Origin: Candidatus Omnitrophota bacterium
Lineage (GTDB): Bacteria > Omnitrophota > Gorgyraeia > Zapsychrales > Zapsychraceae
DNA: 64,000 nucleotides
Assembly: GCA_015233495.1 (NCBI GenBank)
Contig: JADFXQ010000002.1
Location: forward strand, 34,390 to 98,389
Direction: 5' to 3'
Shown here: positions 1-9,788 of the stretch, one piece after another
Numbering within the stretch: position 1 is the first letter of the stretch
Layout of the letters: the number at the start of each line of letters is the position of its first letter
Made by a program: the position numbers and the translations under genes
The notes under the pieces: model-generated
The model's database searches: none
The model's input: the letters and a program-made list of their open reading frames with translations, nothing else
Told to the model about the DNA's origin: nothing

Positions 1-35
1 CCTTGCTTACCCATTCAAAATCCAATGAGGGCAAA

Positions 36-884
36 ATGATGGATGTTTCGCGGATTGGTTTTATTCAGGGCAGGTTGTCTCCGCAGATCGGCCAGAAAAT
101 CCAGGCGTTTCCCGGGCCGTACTGGAAGGAAGAGTTTCCTTTAGCCCGCAGCTGCGGCTTTTCGCGGATGGAGTGGACTTTGGACCAGGAAGGCTTGTTC
201 GAAAATCCGCTGCTGCGGCCAGAAGGCCGGGAATTGATCCGTGAGCTTTGCCGGGAAAATAATTTGATGATTGGGTCGGTGACCGGGGATTTTTTTATGC
301 AAGCCCCGTTTTTTAAAGCGGCAGGCTCTATCCGGGAGGAATTGTTCGATCAGTTAGTCGCGGTGATTGAGGGGTGTGCCGCGGCGCGTGTCCCCATTCT
401 GGTTTTGCCTTTGGTGGACCAAGGGCGGATCGAAGACGCCGGACAAGAGGAAGGTTTTTTCGCTTATGCCGCAAAATTAGATCAGCGGTTGCGCGCCCAT
501 GGGATGATGATTTGTTTGGAATCGGATCTGCCGCCGGAGAAACTCGGAATTTTCCTGCAAGGTTTGGATCCTCTGCTCTGGGGCGTGAATTATGATATCG
601 GCAATAGCGCCGCGTTTGGTTTTGATTATCGGCAGGAAATTCCGCGGCTCGCTACTTGGATTAAGAATGTCCATGTTAAAGACCGCGTGCGCGGCGGCGG
701 CACAGTGCCTTTGGGGCAAGGTCAGGCGGATATTCGCGGAGCCATTCATCTCTTAGAAGCGTGCGGATATCGCGGTAATTATATTTTGCAGACTGCCCGC
801 AGTCCGCAGGGTTTGCACGCGGAAGTTTTGAGTCAGTATCGTGACATGGTAATAAGTTATCTGGGAGAAATCCATGGATCTTAA
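36..884 (+). CDS. sugar phosphate isomerase/epimerase (xylose isomerase-like TIM barrel)
   Basis: The ORF runs to 884. An ATG at 36/39 follows a GAGGG box. The translation shows TIM-barrel isomerase-like segments (VLPLVDQGR, ICLESDLPP, NVHVKDR). The true start may lie upstream of the window. Confidence 0.5.
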   Translation: MMDVSRIGFIQGRLSPQIGQKIQAFPGPYWKEEFPLARSCGFSRMEWTLDQEGLFENPLLRPEGRELIRELCRENNLMIGSVTGDFFMQAPFFKAAGSIREELFDQLVAVIEGCAAARVPILVLPLVDQGRIEDAGQEEGFFAYAAKLDQRLRAHGMMICLESDLPPEKLGIFLQGLDPLLWGVNYDIGNSAAFGFDYRQEIPRLATWIKNVHVKDRVRGGGTVPLGQGQADIRGAIHLLEACGYRGNYILQTARSPQGLHAEVLSQYRDMVISYLGEIHGS

Positions 885-1659
885 GTTAAAAGGCCAGTAC
901 GTTTTAGTCACGGGTTCGTCGCGCGGTATCGGTAAAGGGATTGCCGCCGGTTTTTTGCAAGAGGGAGCGCAGATCGTTTTGACCGGCCGCGATCAGCGGA
1001 CTTTCAATCAAACGCGGGCGCAGTTTGTCCGGAAATATCCGCGGCAAAAAATTTTGTTGTTTCCGGGGGATTTGCAAGATCCGGCGGTGATCGGAACCTT
1101 GGCGGATTGGCTGAGCCAACAGATCGGATATTTAGACCATTTAGTGTGCAACATCGGCGACGGTAAAACAACTTCTTCTTCGGGAGAAGATATGGCGGAG
1201 CTGGACCGGATGTTCGCGGTTAATTTTTTTGGCGCCGCCCGCTTGGCGCAGGCGATGCGGCCGCTGTTGGCGCGCGGCTTTCTGCGTAAAAAAAATTATT
1301 CAACCCTGACTTTAATCGGATCGATTTGCGGACGTCAGGCTTTGGGTTGTCCGCCCGCTTACGCCGCGGCAAAAGCCGCTTTGGCGCATTATGGCCGCAA
1401 TCTGGCGCGCGAGTTTGCCAAAGACGGCATCCGGGTCAATGTGGTTTCTCCCGGGAACATTTTATTTCCGGGGTCAACCTGGGAAAATAAATTGGCGAAA
1501 AACCCGCAGAGCGTCAAAGATATGCTAATCCGGGAGGTGCCTTTAAATCAATTCGGCTCTCCGGCGGATATTGGGAACGTTTGCGCGTTTTTGGCTTCGC
1601 CGGCCGCCAAATTTGTCACGGGCGCGGACTGGGTTGTGGACGGCGGTCAAACGCGTTAG
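874..1659 (+). CDS. SDR family oxidoreductase
   Basis: Rossmann motif TGSSRGIGKG near the N-terminus and the catalytic YAAAKAAL (YxxxK) motif. Length 261 aa. Overlaps the upstream gene by 11 nt. Confidence 0.7.
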   Translation: MDLKLKGQYVLVTGSSRGIGKGIAAGFLQEGAQIVLTGRDQRTFNQTRAQFVRKYPRQKILLFPGDLQDPAVIGTLADWLSQQIGYLDHLVCNIGDGKTTSSSGEDMAELDRMFAVNFFGAARLAQAMRPLLARGFLRKKNYSTLTLIGSICGRQALGCPPAYAAAKAALAHYGRNLAREFAKDGIRVNVVSPGNILFPGSTWENKLAKNPQSVKDMLIREVPLNQFGSPADIGNVCAFLASPAAKFVTGADWVVDGGQTR

Positions 1660-1674
1660 AGGAGGGTTGGACCC

Positions 1675-2511
1675 ATGAAAAAAGCGGCAGTGTTAAAACG
1701 TTTTCAATTGGACGGCAAGGTCGTGGTCATCACGGGCGGAGCCGGACTTTTAGGAGTGCAACACGGACAAACAGTTCTGGAAGCGGGCGGGATTCCCTGG
1801 CTCTGGGATATTGATAATGAAAAATTGGATCAAGCGCAGGAAGAACTTTCCCAGCAATATCGCGCTCCGGTTTTTAGCAAAAAGGTAAATATCACGGACC
1901 GCGCGGATGTGCTTCTGGCCCGGAAAGATATAATGAGAAAATCCGGGCGGATTGATGTATTGATCAATAACGCGGCTAATAATCCGAAAATGACCGGTAA
2001 AGAGGACCCGGTCGGCTCGCGTTTGGAAAATTTTTCTTTGAATGCCTGGTCAGCGGATTTGGCAGTGGGATTGACCGGCGCTTTTATTTGTTCGCAAATT
2101 ATCGGCGCCGGTATGGCCGAAGCGGGCGGCGGGGTCATTTTAAATTTGGCATCGGATTTGGGGATTATCGCGCCGGATCAAAGAATTTATCGCCAGAAAG
2201 GGCTGGCCGAGCGCCGGCAACCCGTTAAACCAGTAACTTATTCCGTGGTGAAACATGGTTTGATCGGTTTAACGAAATATTGCGCCACCTACTGGGCGCA
2301 AAATAACCTGCGCGTGAATGCCATTTGCCCCGGTGGAGTAGAAAACAATCAAGGCAAAGAGTTCAGAGAAAATCTCTGCCGTTTGATCCCGCTGGGCCGG
2401 ATGGCGCGGCCGGATGAATATAAAGCGGCGGTTTTATTTTTAATTTCCGACGCCTCGTCCTATATGACGGGGGCGACGCTGATCATGGATGGGGGACGAA
2501 CATGCTGGTAA
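1675..2511 (+). CDS. SDR family NAD(P)-dependent oxidoreductase
   Basis: ITGGAGLLG glycine-rich motif, YSVVKHG (YxxxK), 278 aa. An RBS-like GAGGAGGG lies upstream. Confidence 0.65.
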   Translation: MKKAAVLKRFQLDGKVVVITGGAGLLGVQHGQTVLEAGGIPWLWDIDNEKLDQAQEELSQQYRAPVFSKKVNITDRADVLLARKDIMRKSGRIDVLINNAANNPKMTGKEDPVGSRLENFSLNAWSADLAVGLTGAFICSQIIGAGMAEAGGGVILNLASDLGIIAPDQRIYRQKGLAERRQPVKPVTYSVVKHGLIGLTKYCATYWAQNNLRVNAICPGGVENNQGKEFRENLCRLIPLGRMARPDEYKAAVLFLISDASSYMTGATLIMDGGRTCW

Positions 2512-4324
2512 TCAAGCCGGAGGCTGCCGGATGAGCGTGGTAATCAAAACAACCGCTTTAACCTGCGCGGCTGAAAAAGCTTCTGACTTAGTCTTGCTGG
2601 GGCCTTGGTGTTTATATCCCGGGGAGGAAACCCCGGCGGGAGCATGGGGGCAATCGCGGTTTCCGCTGTTTCCCACGCCCTGGTCGCGGCCCGACAGTGT
2701 CAAGGAGGCTTCGGCGTATTGCCAAAAAATTTATGATTTTGTATTGCCGCAACTCGCGGAAAATTTGAATCGGGTTTTAGGTTTTGACTGGAAGGTCAAA
2801 TCCTGGGAAATGTTGTTAGACAGCTGGTTATTGATTTTTATTCAAATTACCTACGAACGTTATGAACGTTTGCGCCAGGCCGTGGCCGCTTATCCGGACG
2901 CTTTGCTTTTCGTTTTGCCGGAGTCCCAATGCCGGTTGCAGAGTGAGACGACGCATGATTTTATCGCCCGGAAAAGCGAGGATGATTTTTTTAATTTATC
3001 GATCTATTCCGGCATTGCCTGGCATTTTTATCCTTCACGCGTTGCGGTTCAAAACGACTTCGGTCCGGGGCGGGACGCTCCAGCGAGGCAAAAACGCGGA
3101 GGAAAAGACCCCGCGATGGCCAAGCTGAAAACCGAAATCGGCAATCAGGCGCTGCAATTTTTGTTTCGTAAGGGAAAAAAAATAATCCTGCAGGATTTAT
3201 ATCATTTTCGTTTTCAGGATTTTTGGGCATTGCGCCGGGCTTTGCCCCGGGATACGATTCGGCTTTTGCCCGGCGGCCCGTCCGGTTCCGGTTTGGAAAC
3301 CCGGTATGACGCTTCACTGCGCCGGCAAATCTCTTTGACAGCCGGGTTTGACGATTTTTCGATTTGGTTGGCGGGGATATTGCCGCAAGCTGTGCCGTTG
3401 TCTTTGTTGGAAGCTTTGCCGCGCTACCGTCGGCAGACCAGGTCTTTATGGAGCCGGATTCCCGAACCGCAAGCTGTGATATCGGCGATCGGTTGGTACT
3501 ACAATGATTTTTTTAAATTTGCGGCGGCTGAGGCTTTACAGCGCGGGGCCAAAACTATTGAACTGCAGCACGGCAGCGGTTATGGTTGGTATGACACTTA
3601 TTTTCAAGAGAATCTGAGCCGGAACAAAGACGTTTTTTTTTCCTGGGGGGAAAAGGATGTCCCCCGGCGTGTGGTGCAGCCGTTTAGCAATCCGTATTTA
3701 GCCCGGTTGAAAGACGCGCATGACCCGCGGGAAGATCGTTTATTGTTTATTGGCACGCTGCCGTCGAAATATTACAACCGGTTTTCGAATTGGATCAATG
3801 TGGATTTTTTGGAGGATTATTTTCAACGGAAAAAACAATTTTTTTCCGCGTTGACTCCGCGGATACTCGGCAAAATGAGTTATAAATTTTATGAACTAAA
3901 ATGGGCCCAAGAAGTCAGCCGGATTAAAGCGGATTTTCCGCAAATACAAATAGCTCCGGCAAAGCCTAGCGCGGAGTTGATTCGCGCCTCGGTTTTAGTG
4001 GTCGTCGATAATGCCCAAACCGCTTTTATCGAGGCTTTGGTGATGAATGCTCCCTGTGTCGCTTTTTGGAACCCGCGGGTTTATGTGTTTCGGCCCGAGT
4101 CGCAAAAATATATGGACGCGCTGCTGGCCGCGGGCATTGTTTATCACGACGCGGCAAGCGCGGCGCGGCAGGTCAACGCGATTTATTCTGACCCTTCGGC
4201 CTGGTGGTCGCGTCCCGAGGTGCAGCAGGCCCGCCGGGATTTTTGTCAGCGTTTTGGTTTTTCAAAAAAGCATTGGACTGAAGATTGGCAGCGCCATTTT
4301 GGCCAGGGGAGCGCCTATGTGTGA
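2489..4324 (+). CDS. hypothetical large transferase-like protein (paralog family member 1)
   Basis: 611-aa ORF. Its C-terminal half shares the motif FSWG..(~25 aa)..NP..LLFIGT with the next gene and with the 18800 gene. No classical GT-A DXD motif was recognised. Confidence 0.45.
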   Translation: MGDEHAGNQAGGCRMSVVIKTTALTCAAEKASDLVLLGPWCLYPGEETPAGAWGQSRFPLFPTPWSRPDSVKEASAYCQKIYDFVLPQLAENLNRVLGFDWKVKSWEMLLDSWLLIFIQITYERYERLRQAVAAYPDALLFVLPESQCRLQSETTHDFIARKSEDDFFNLSIYSGIAWHFYPSRVAVQNDFGPGRDAPARQKRGGKDPAMAKLKTEIGNQALQFLFRKGKKIILQDLYHFRFQDFWALRRALPRDTIRLLPGGPSGSGLETRYDASLRRQISLTAGFDDFSIWLAGILPQAVPLSLLEALPRYRRQTRSLWSRIPEPQAVISAIGWYYNDFFKFAAAEALQRGAKTIELQHGSGYGWYDTYFQENLSRNKDVFFSWGEKDVPRRVVQPFSNPYLARLKDAHDPREDRLLFIGTLPSKYYNRFSNWINVDFLEDYFQRKKQFFSALTPRILGKMSYKFYELKWAQEVSRIKADFPQIQIAPAKPSAELIRASVLVVVDNAQTAFIEALVMNAPCVAFWNPRVYVFRPESQKYMDALLAAGIVYHDAASAARQVNAIYSDPSAWWSRPEVQQARRDFCQRFGFSKKHWTEDWQRHFGQGSAYV

Positions 4325-5666
4325 TGTGTTGGTGGTGATTGATAATCGTTTTCGGGAAATGGTTCCGAGTTTTTTGATCCGGCACTATCTGCGGCAACAA
4401 GGCTTAACTTGCGCTTTTTGCAGCCGGTTTAGTATGTGGGGCGCGTTTAACCGGTTACGGCCCCGCGCGGTCATTTTGCCCAATCCGGGAGAACCGTATA
4501 TCGCGGAATTGATTAAACGGGCTTTTGTGTTTATTCTGCCGAGCGAATCGGGCAACGGCCAGACCGGTTCGATTTTGGCTTTTTTTAAAGGCAACGTTCA
4601 TTATCAAACCTATAGTCAGCAGGCGGACCGCATTTTTTCTTGGGGGCCGCTGATGACGGATATTTTGCGGGATAACCATATCGCGGCAAAAGAAAAAATC
4701 ATCATGACCGGCAATCCGATTACGGATCAATGGTTTATCAAGCCGCGGCCGAAAAAAAATAAAATCTTGGGACTCACGACGACGTTTCGGGTGATCAACA
4801 GCAGTTTGGGTCCGGTGAAGAATATATTCCGCGCGATGCGCGAACATGAAAATGAAGGCGCCGGTGTTTATTTTATGCCGCCGCGGCATATGGAAACTTG
4901 GTTTTTTTATGAGCTGAGTTATGTGCGGCTTTTAGCCAATCTGATCGATCAGGTGGTTATCGGCCGCGACATCCATTTGGAGATCCGGCCGCATCCGTCG
5001 GAAAAGGCGGAGCAGTATGATTATTACCGGCAGGTCACCGGCGGCCGGTGCTGCGCCGTTAAGTCCGGGTCGATTGTGGAGTGGCTGCAAGGCATTGATG
5101 TTTTAGCGACGTATTTATCCACTTCTGCCATCGACGCGATCGTCCGCGGCATTCCGGTTGTCTCGTTTAAAAAATTATTGAACCCGGACGCCTTGGCTAT
5201 GATGCCGGCGCATTATGATTTGGATTATAACGGATGGCTTTGGCAGCCCGCGACCCTGGAAGAATTCACGGAAATGGTGGCTGCCGGGTTTGCGGGTAAA
5301 TTAGAGATCACGCCGTTTAAAACGCAGTTTTTAAAAAGCATTTTTGATAAATTTTATTTTCCGCGTCCCCGGTTAGCTTCCCAGAATATCGCCGAGGAAA
5401 TCGCGGTGTTTTTAGGCCGGGAAACGCCGCGGCCGTTTTCGTATCTTCCGGCGCGCAATCCGCAGGGGATAAAAAAAATCGCGCATCGGGTGCTGCCGCA
5501 TATCCCTTATTCGGAAAATGCGTATCTTTTGCTCTATTCTCTGCAAAATTTCTTGGAAAAAGATCCGATCAGCGGCGCAGTGGGTATTTCTTATTTTCCC
5601 TGGGCGTGGGAATCGTTATTAACCGCCGGGCGAACCTCCCGGCAGATCATTGAAGCGGCGGCCTGA
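4317..5666 (+). CDS. hypothetical transferase-like protein (paralog family member 2)
   Basis: The ATG at 4317 overlaps the upstream stop (ATGTGTGA). The ORF-track start at 4047 lies inside the previous gene in the same frame and is rejected. Shares the FSWG...NP...ILGLTTTF motif pattern with gene 2489-4324. Confidence 0.45.
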   Translation: MCDVLVVIDNRFREMVPSFLIRHYLRQQGLTCAFCSRFSMWGAFNRLRPRAVILPNPGEPYIAELIKRAFVFILPSESGNGQTGSILAFFKGNVHYQTYSQQADRIFSWGPLMTDILRDNHIAAKEKIIMTGNPITDQWFIKPRPKKNKILGLTTTFRVINSSLGPVKNIFRAMREHENEGAGVYFMPPRHMETWFFYELSYVRLLANLIDQVVIGRDIHLEIRPHPSEKAEQYDYYRQVTGGRCCAVKSGSIVEWLQGIDVLATYLSTSAIDAIVRGIPVVSFKKLLNPDALAMMPAHYDLDYNGWLWQPATLEEFTEMVAAGFAGKLEITPFKTQFLKSIFDKFYFPRPRLASQNIAEEIAVFLGRETPRPFSYLPARNPQGIKKIAHRVLPHIPYSENAYLLLYSLQNFLEKDPISGAVGISYFPWAWESLLTAGRTSRQIIEAAA

Positions 5667-5667
5667 C

Positions 5668-6651
5668 ATGAGCTACTCGCAAATCTTGAAAAATTTTCTC
5701 CCCATGGATCTGGCCCAAATGCGGCCGGCAGGGTTTTTAGAGCGGATGGAACGGGGTGGACGCGAAAAACAGCAAAAGATCATGGAAAAACACGGCTGGG
5801 AACCGGTTCGCCAATGTCCGGTGTGCGATTCGTCGCTATCCACAGTTGAACTGCGCAAATTCGACACCGAGATTTTGAATTGCGGGGATTGCTCGACGCG
5901 TTACGCGGCGCGCCGGCCGGTGGTTACGGAAGATATTTATTCCGATGATAGTTATATTCCGGTGATGATGGAAAATTATTTGCAAAACGCAGCCTACCGT
6001 AAAGCGCGTTTTGGCCCGGAACGCATCGCGTTGATTCAAAAATACCTGCGGCCCGGCGGCCGTCCGGCCTTGCTCGACGTGGGATGCGGCGTGGGATGGT
6101 TTTTAGAAGTAGCCCGGGAGCAGGGTTTTGAAATTTTCGGGCAGGAGGCGGGACGGGGTTTGGCGCGTTGGACCGGCGATCGCTTGGGCCGGGAAATTTA
6201 TACTCAGCCGCTGGCGGAATTGGCGCAAATCCAGCGGTTTGATGTAATCACCTTGTTTGATGTGCTGGAACACGTGCCTTTTCCCGCGCTTTTTGTTCAG
6301 GACGTGAAAGCCTGCCTGAAACCCGGAGGGATCGCGGTGTTTTTTACGCCGAACTTTGATTCCTTGGCGATCCGGGTCATGGCGGAGCGGTCGAATTTGA
6401 TCATTCCGGCGGAACATTTGACTTATTTCACGAAAAAGTCCGTGGAAACCTTGGCGGCTAAAACGCAATTGGAGTGGGTTGTTTATGAGACCTGCGGGAT
6501 TGATTTGGGGGATTTGAAAAGTTTTTACGAGTCGCAGAATCAGCAACCTTTAGCCGAGGCTTGCGCGGGTTTGTATAATTATTTGCAGCCGGTGATCGAT
6601 GCTGCGGAAGCGGGGAATCATATGCGGTTTGTTTTTCGACGGAAGGAGTGA
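5668..6651 (+). CDS. class I SAM-dependent methyltransferase with N-terminal zinc ribbon
   Basis: ATG at 5668 sits just after the upstream stop. CPVCDS...CGDC zinc ribbon, then the LLDVGCGVGWFLE SAM-binding motif I. Confidence 0.65.
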   Translation: MSYSQILKNFLPMDLAQMRPAGFLERMERGGREKQQKIMEKHGWEPVRQCPVCDSSLSTVELRKFDTEILNCGDCSTRYAARRPVVTEDIYSDDSYIPVMMENYLQNAAYRKARFGPERIALIQKYLRPGGRPALLDVGCGVGWFLEVAREQGFEIFGQEAGRGLARWTGDRLGREIYTQPLAELAQIQRFDVITLFDVLEHVPFPALFVQDVKACLKPGGIAVFFTPNFDSLAIRVMAERSNLIIPAEHLTYFTKKSVETLAAKTQLEWVVYETCGIDLGDLKSFYESQNQQPLAEACAGLYNYLQPVIDAAEAGNHMRFVFRRKE

Positions 6652-6655
6652 CAAA

Positions 6656-7357
6656 GTGGAGATCCTGGGTTTTATTCCCGCTCGGGCGGGATCAAAAGGC
6701 ATACCGAAAAAGAATCTCGCTTTGGTTAATTGCAAGCCATTGATCTCGTATACGATCGCGGCGGCGCAAGCCAGTTGCGTGACGCGGATTTTGGTGTCAA
6801 CGGATTCCGAAGAGATTGCCCAGGTTAGCCGCGCTTTGGGAGCGGATGTGCCATTTCTGCGCCCGGCGGCTTTGGCCGGGGATACTGCTTTGATTTCCGA
6901 TGCGATTTTAGACGCATTAGCGCGGTTGCGGGAAAAAGAAAATTACGCGCCGGAGGTGATCGTTCTGTTACAGCCGACCTCGCCTTTACGGCAGGCGCGC
7001 TACATCGATGCCGCAGTGGAGCTGTTTTTAAAAAATGATGTGGATTCCGTGATCAGTATTTCCGACCCGATTGAGCATCCGGCGCTCATGGTATATTGGC
7101 CGCAGCCTACGGCCATGACTTTTCTGATGGAGGGTAAATACGCGACTATGCCGCGGCAAGCTTATCCGGCGTGTTCGAAAATCAACGGGATGCTTTATGT
7201 CTTTTCGCCGAAGACGTTGGCAGTCTATAATAATATTTTCGGCAAAAAAGTTTTGCCGTATCAAACACCCCAGGCGGATTCCATTGATATTGATTCGCCG
7301 GGGGAGATGGAAATCGCCGCGGCCCTGATCCAGTATCGGCAACGGCAAATAACCTGA
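6656..7357 (+). CDS. acylneuraminate (nonulosonic acid) cytidylyltransferase, NeuA/LegF/PseF family
   Basis: GTG at 6656 lies 7 nt after AAGGAG. The N-terminus ILGFIPARAGSKGIPKKNL is typical of the CMP-NeuAc/CMP-Kdo synthetase family. Confidence 0.7.
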   Translation: MEILGFIPARAGSKGIPKKNLALVNCKPLISYTIAAAQASCVTRILVSTDSEEIAQVSRALGADVPFLRPAALAGDTALISDAILDALARLREKENYAPEVIVLLQPTSPLRQARYIDAAVELFLKNDVDSVISISDPIEHPALMVYWPQPTAMTFLMEGKYATMPRQAYPACSKINGMLYVFSPKTLAVYNNIFGKKVLPYQTPQADSIDIDSPGEMEIAAALIQYRQRQIT

Positions 7358-7367
7358 AAGGACAGTC

Positions 7368-8342
7368 ATGCGAGTTTTGATTACCGGGGGGGCCGGGTTT
7401 GTCGGCTCAACGATGACAAAACATTTTTTAGCGGCCGGGTGGGACGTGAATGTTTTGGATGAACTTTGGTTTGATCCGGGCGTGCCGGATTTGTTTCGCG
7501 ACAATCCGCGCTATCGGTTTATCCGGGGCAGTATTTTGGACCCGGCTGCTTTAAAAAAGAGTCTGGAGTCTGTGGATTTTGTCGTGCACGCGGCCGCAGT
7601 CGTCGGGGAGCCGGCCAGCAAAAAATTTCCGGATTTGACGCAAAAAGTCAATTATGAGGGATCGCGGCAGCTGATTCAATCTTTAGCGGGGTCTCCGGTG
7701 AAAGGGATGGTTTTTTTATCCACTTGTTCGAATTATGGCATTGCCGACGGAGTAGCGAATGAAAACACGGCCTTGATGCCTTTGTCTGTCTATTCGGACA
7801 CCAAAATTAAAATTGAGCGTTATCTCATGGATGAGGCGAAACAAGTGAATTGGGTGATTTGCCGTTTGTCCACGGTTTATGGGATGTCCCCGCGGATGCG
7901 TTTTGATCTCACGGTCAATGATTTTACGGCTAACGCTTTTCGCGACGGAGCTTTAAGCATTTTTCTTCCGCATACTTTTCGCCCCTATATCCACGTGCAG
8001 GATGTCGCGCGCGTCATCGGGGCGATTATCCGCGATTTTGACCGCGTGAAAAATAATGTTTTTAACGTCGGATTTTCCGGCGAAAATTATCAAAAAATTA
8101 AAATCGCGGAAATTGTAAAACAGCTTCTCCCGGGCTTGAAACTCGATATAGTAACTACCGGCACGGACACCCGGGATTATCAGGTTGATTTTTCCAAATT
8201 GCAGCAGACTTTGGATGTTCCGCGCCGCTGGGATGTGCGCAGCGGAGCGCAGGAGATTTTAGAGGTTTTGCGCCGGGGCGAGATTGCCGATAGCCAGGCC
8301 GCCAAATATTATAATACGAATCCGGTTTTGTCCCCGGCATAG
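7368..8342 (+). CDS. NAD-dependent epimerase/dehydratase (nucleotide-sugar 4,6-dehydratase-like)
   Basis: N-terminal TGGAGFVGS Rossmann motif, extended SDR fold, 324 aa. Its position within the nonulosonic acid cluster fits a LegB/PseB-like role (inference). Confidence 0.7.
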   Translation: MRVLITGGAGFVGSTMTKHFLAAGWDVNVLDELWFDPGVPDLFRDNPRYRFIRGSILDPAALKKSLESVDFVVHAAAVVGEPASKKFPDLTQKVNYEGSRQLIQSLAGSPVKGMVFLSTCSNYGIADGVANENTALMPLSVYSDTKIKIERYLMDEAKQVNWVICRLSTVYGMSPRMRFDLTVNDFTANAFRDGALSIFLPHTFRPYIHVQDVARVIGAIIRDFDRVKNNVFNVGFSGENYQKIKIAEIVKQLLPGLKLDIVTTGTDTRDYQVDFSKLQQTLDVPRRWDVRSGAQEILEVLRRGEIADSQAAKYYNTNPVLSPA

Positions 8343-8355
8343 GAGGAAGCGACCC

Positions 8356-9447
8356 ATGGAATTAGACGCGCCGAATGTCGGGGAAATTGAGAAACAGCGC
8401 TTGCAAAAAGTAATCGAGAGTTCTTTTATCTCAACCTATGGCCCTCAAGTCGGCGAATTTGAAAATCAAATGGCCGCCTTTCTGGGCGCGAATTATGCCG
8501 CGGCCGTGCAAAGCGGCACTGCCGCGATCCACATGGCCTTGCATGAATTGGGTATCGGTCCCGGGGATGAGGTCATTGTGCCGGTTTTGACGTTTGTGGC
8601 TACGGTGAATCCGGTCAAATATGTCGGCGCCACGCCGGTTTTTGTGGATGTGGATCCCTCCGCGTGGACAATGGACCCGCGTAAAGTTGAAGCGGCGATT
8701 ACCCCGCGAACGAAAGCGATCATAGTCGTGCATCTCTACGGCAATCCCGGCGCCCTGCCGGAATTGCGCGCGGCGGCTAAGAAATATCGGTTGGCGGTTA
8801 TTGAAGACGCGACCGAGAGTTTGGGCGCGACATATCAGGGGCAGCATACGGGGACCTGGGGAGATTTTGGCTGTTTGAGTTTTAACGGCAATAAGACGAT
8901 CACCACCGGCGGCGGCGGGATGATCATTGGCCAAGCGGAAGACCGGATCAAGCACATCCGGTTTCTGGTCAATCAGGGCCGGGACGAGCAACGCGGCTAT
9001 TTTCATCCGGAAATGGGGTTTAATTATCGGATGACCAATTTGGAAGCGGCGTTAGGATTGGCGCAAATGGAACGTCTGCCGTATTTTTTGCAAGTCAAAG
9101 AGCGGTTTCATGCTATCTATACGGCGGAGCTGGGCAATTGCTGCCGTATCCATTTTCAACAGGAATTGCCGCAAGCTAAGAGTTCGTGGTGGTTTAACTG
9201 CGTGGGGTTGGATCCGGACTGCGACATTAGCGCGCTGCAAAAGAGTCTCAAAGACCGGGGGATCCCGACGCGGCGTTTTTTTATGCCCTTGGTGGAGTTT
9301 CCGATGTACCAAGGGACAGGGAACAATCGGGAGCTTTATCCCAACGCGTACGCCATTTACGAAAAAGGTTTGTGTCTGCCAAGCTCGACGATAAATTCCG
9401 AGGAAGATATCCGGGCGGTCTGCCGGGCTTTGCGGGAGTGCGCATGA
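8356..9447 (+). CDS. DegT/DnrJ/EryC1/StrS family PLP-dependent sugar aminotransferase
   Basis: ATG at 8356 lies 9 nt after AGGAGG. Characteristic segments ATESLGA, GDFGCLSFNGNKTITTGGGG and FNYRMTNLEAALG. Confidence 0.75.
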   Translation: MELDAPNVGEIEKQRLQKVIESSFISTYGPQVGEFENQMAAFLGANYAAAVQSGTAAIHMALHELGIGPGDEVIVPVLTFVATVNPVKYVGATPVFVDVDPSAWTMDPRKVEAAITPRTKAIIVVHLYGNPGALPELRAAAKKYRLAVIEDATESLGATYQGQHTGTWGDFGCLSFNGNKTITTGGGGMIIGQAEDRIKHIRFLVNQGRDEQRGYFHPEMGFNYRMTNLEAALGLAQMERLPYFLQVKERFHAIYTAELGNCCRIHFQQELPQAKSSWWFNCVGLDPDCDISALQKSLKDRGIPTRRFFMPLVEFPMYQGTGNNRELYPNAYAIYEKGLCLPSSTINSEEDIRAVCRALRECA

Positions 9448-9788
9448 AAAAGCAGCTCATTTTAATCGGCGGGGGAGGGCATTGCCGGTCTTGTATGGAT
9501 GTTATCCGCGCGGAAGGCCGGTTTGCGATTGCCGGGATTGTGGACCCGAATATCCCGGCAGGCGCTAAAGTGCTGGAAGCAGTTTGCCTGGGGTCGGACG
9601 CGGACCTGCCGGTTTTGGCAAAAAAATACGCCTATGTTTTGCTAACGATAGGACACCCGCTTTGGCCCGATACCCGGATTAAAATTTTTCAACAATTGCG
9701 CGACTTGGGTGCGCAGGCCACCGTAACTTCGTCTTTAACCCGCTCGGGGATTTATATCGGAACCCCGGCCAGAATAATGAAAAAATGA
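9444..9788 (+). CDS. NeuD/PglD-like N-terminal domain protein (truncated sugar N-acyltransferase)
   Basis: MKKQLILIGGGGHCRSCMDVI matches the N-terminal Rossmann-like domain of the NeuD/PglD family. Only ~114 aa are present and the C-terminal left-handed beta-helix (hexapeptide) domain is absent. ATGA overlap with the upstream gene, and the stop overlaps the neuB-like start. Confidence 0.45.
   Translation: MKKQLILIGGGGHCRSCMDVIRAEGRFAIAGIVDPNIPAGAKVLEAVCLGSDADLPVLAKKYAYVLLTIGHPLWPDTRIKIFQQLRDLGAQATVTSSLTRSGIYIGTPARIMKK

Noticed and set aside
477-749. Antisense ORFs nested inside confidently called genes (e.g. 477..749-, 8431..9006-, 12395..12967-, 41207..41653-, 51799..52347+, 56554..57090-)
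   Set aside because: These are shadow ORFs opposite or out of frame with genes that have clear family signatures. Their translations are low-complexity (Arg/Pro/Gly-rich) with no motifs.
4047-4316. N-terminal extension of the 4047..5666 ORF
   Set aside because: This part lies wholly inside the preceding gene in a different frame. The ATG at 4317 overlapping the upstream stop (ATGTGTGA) is the credible start.
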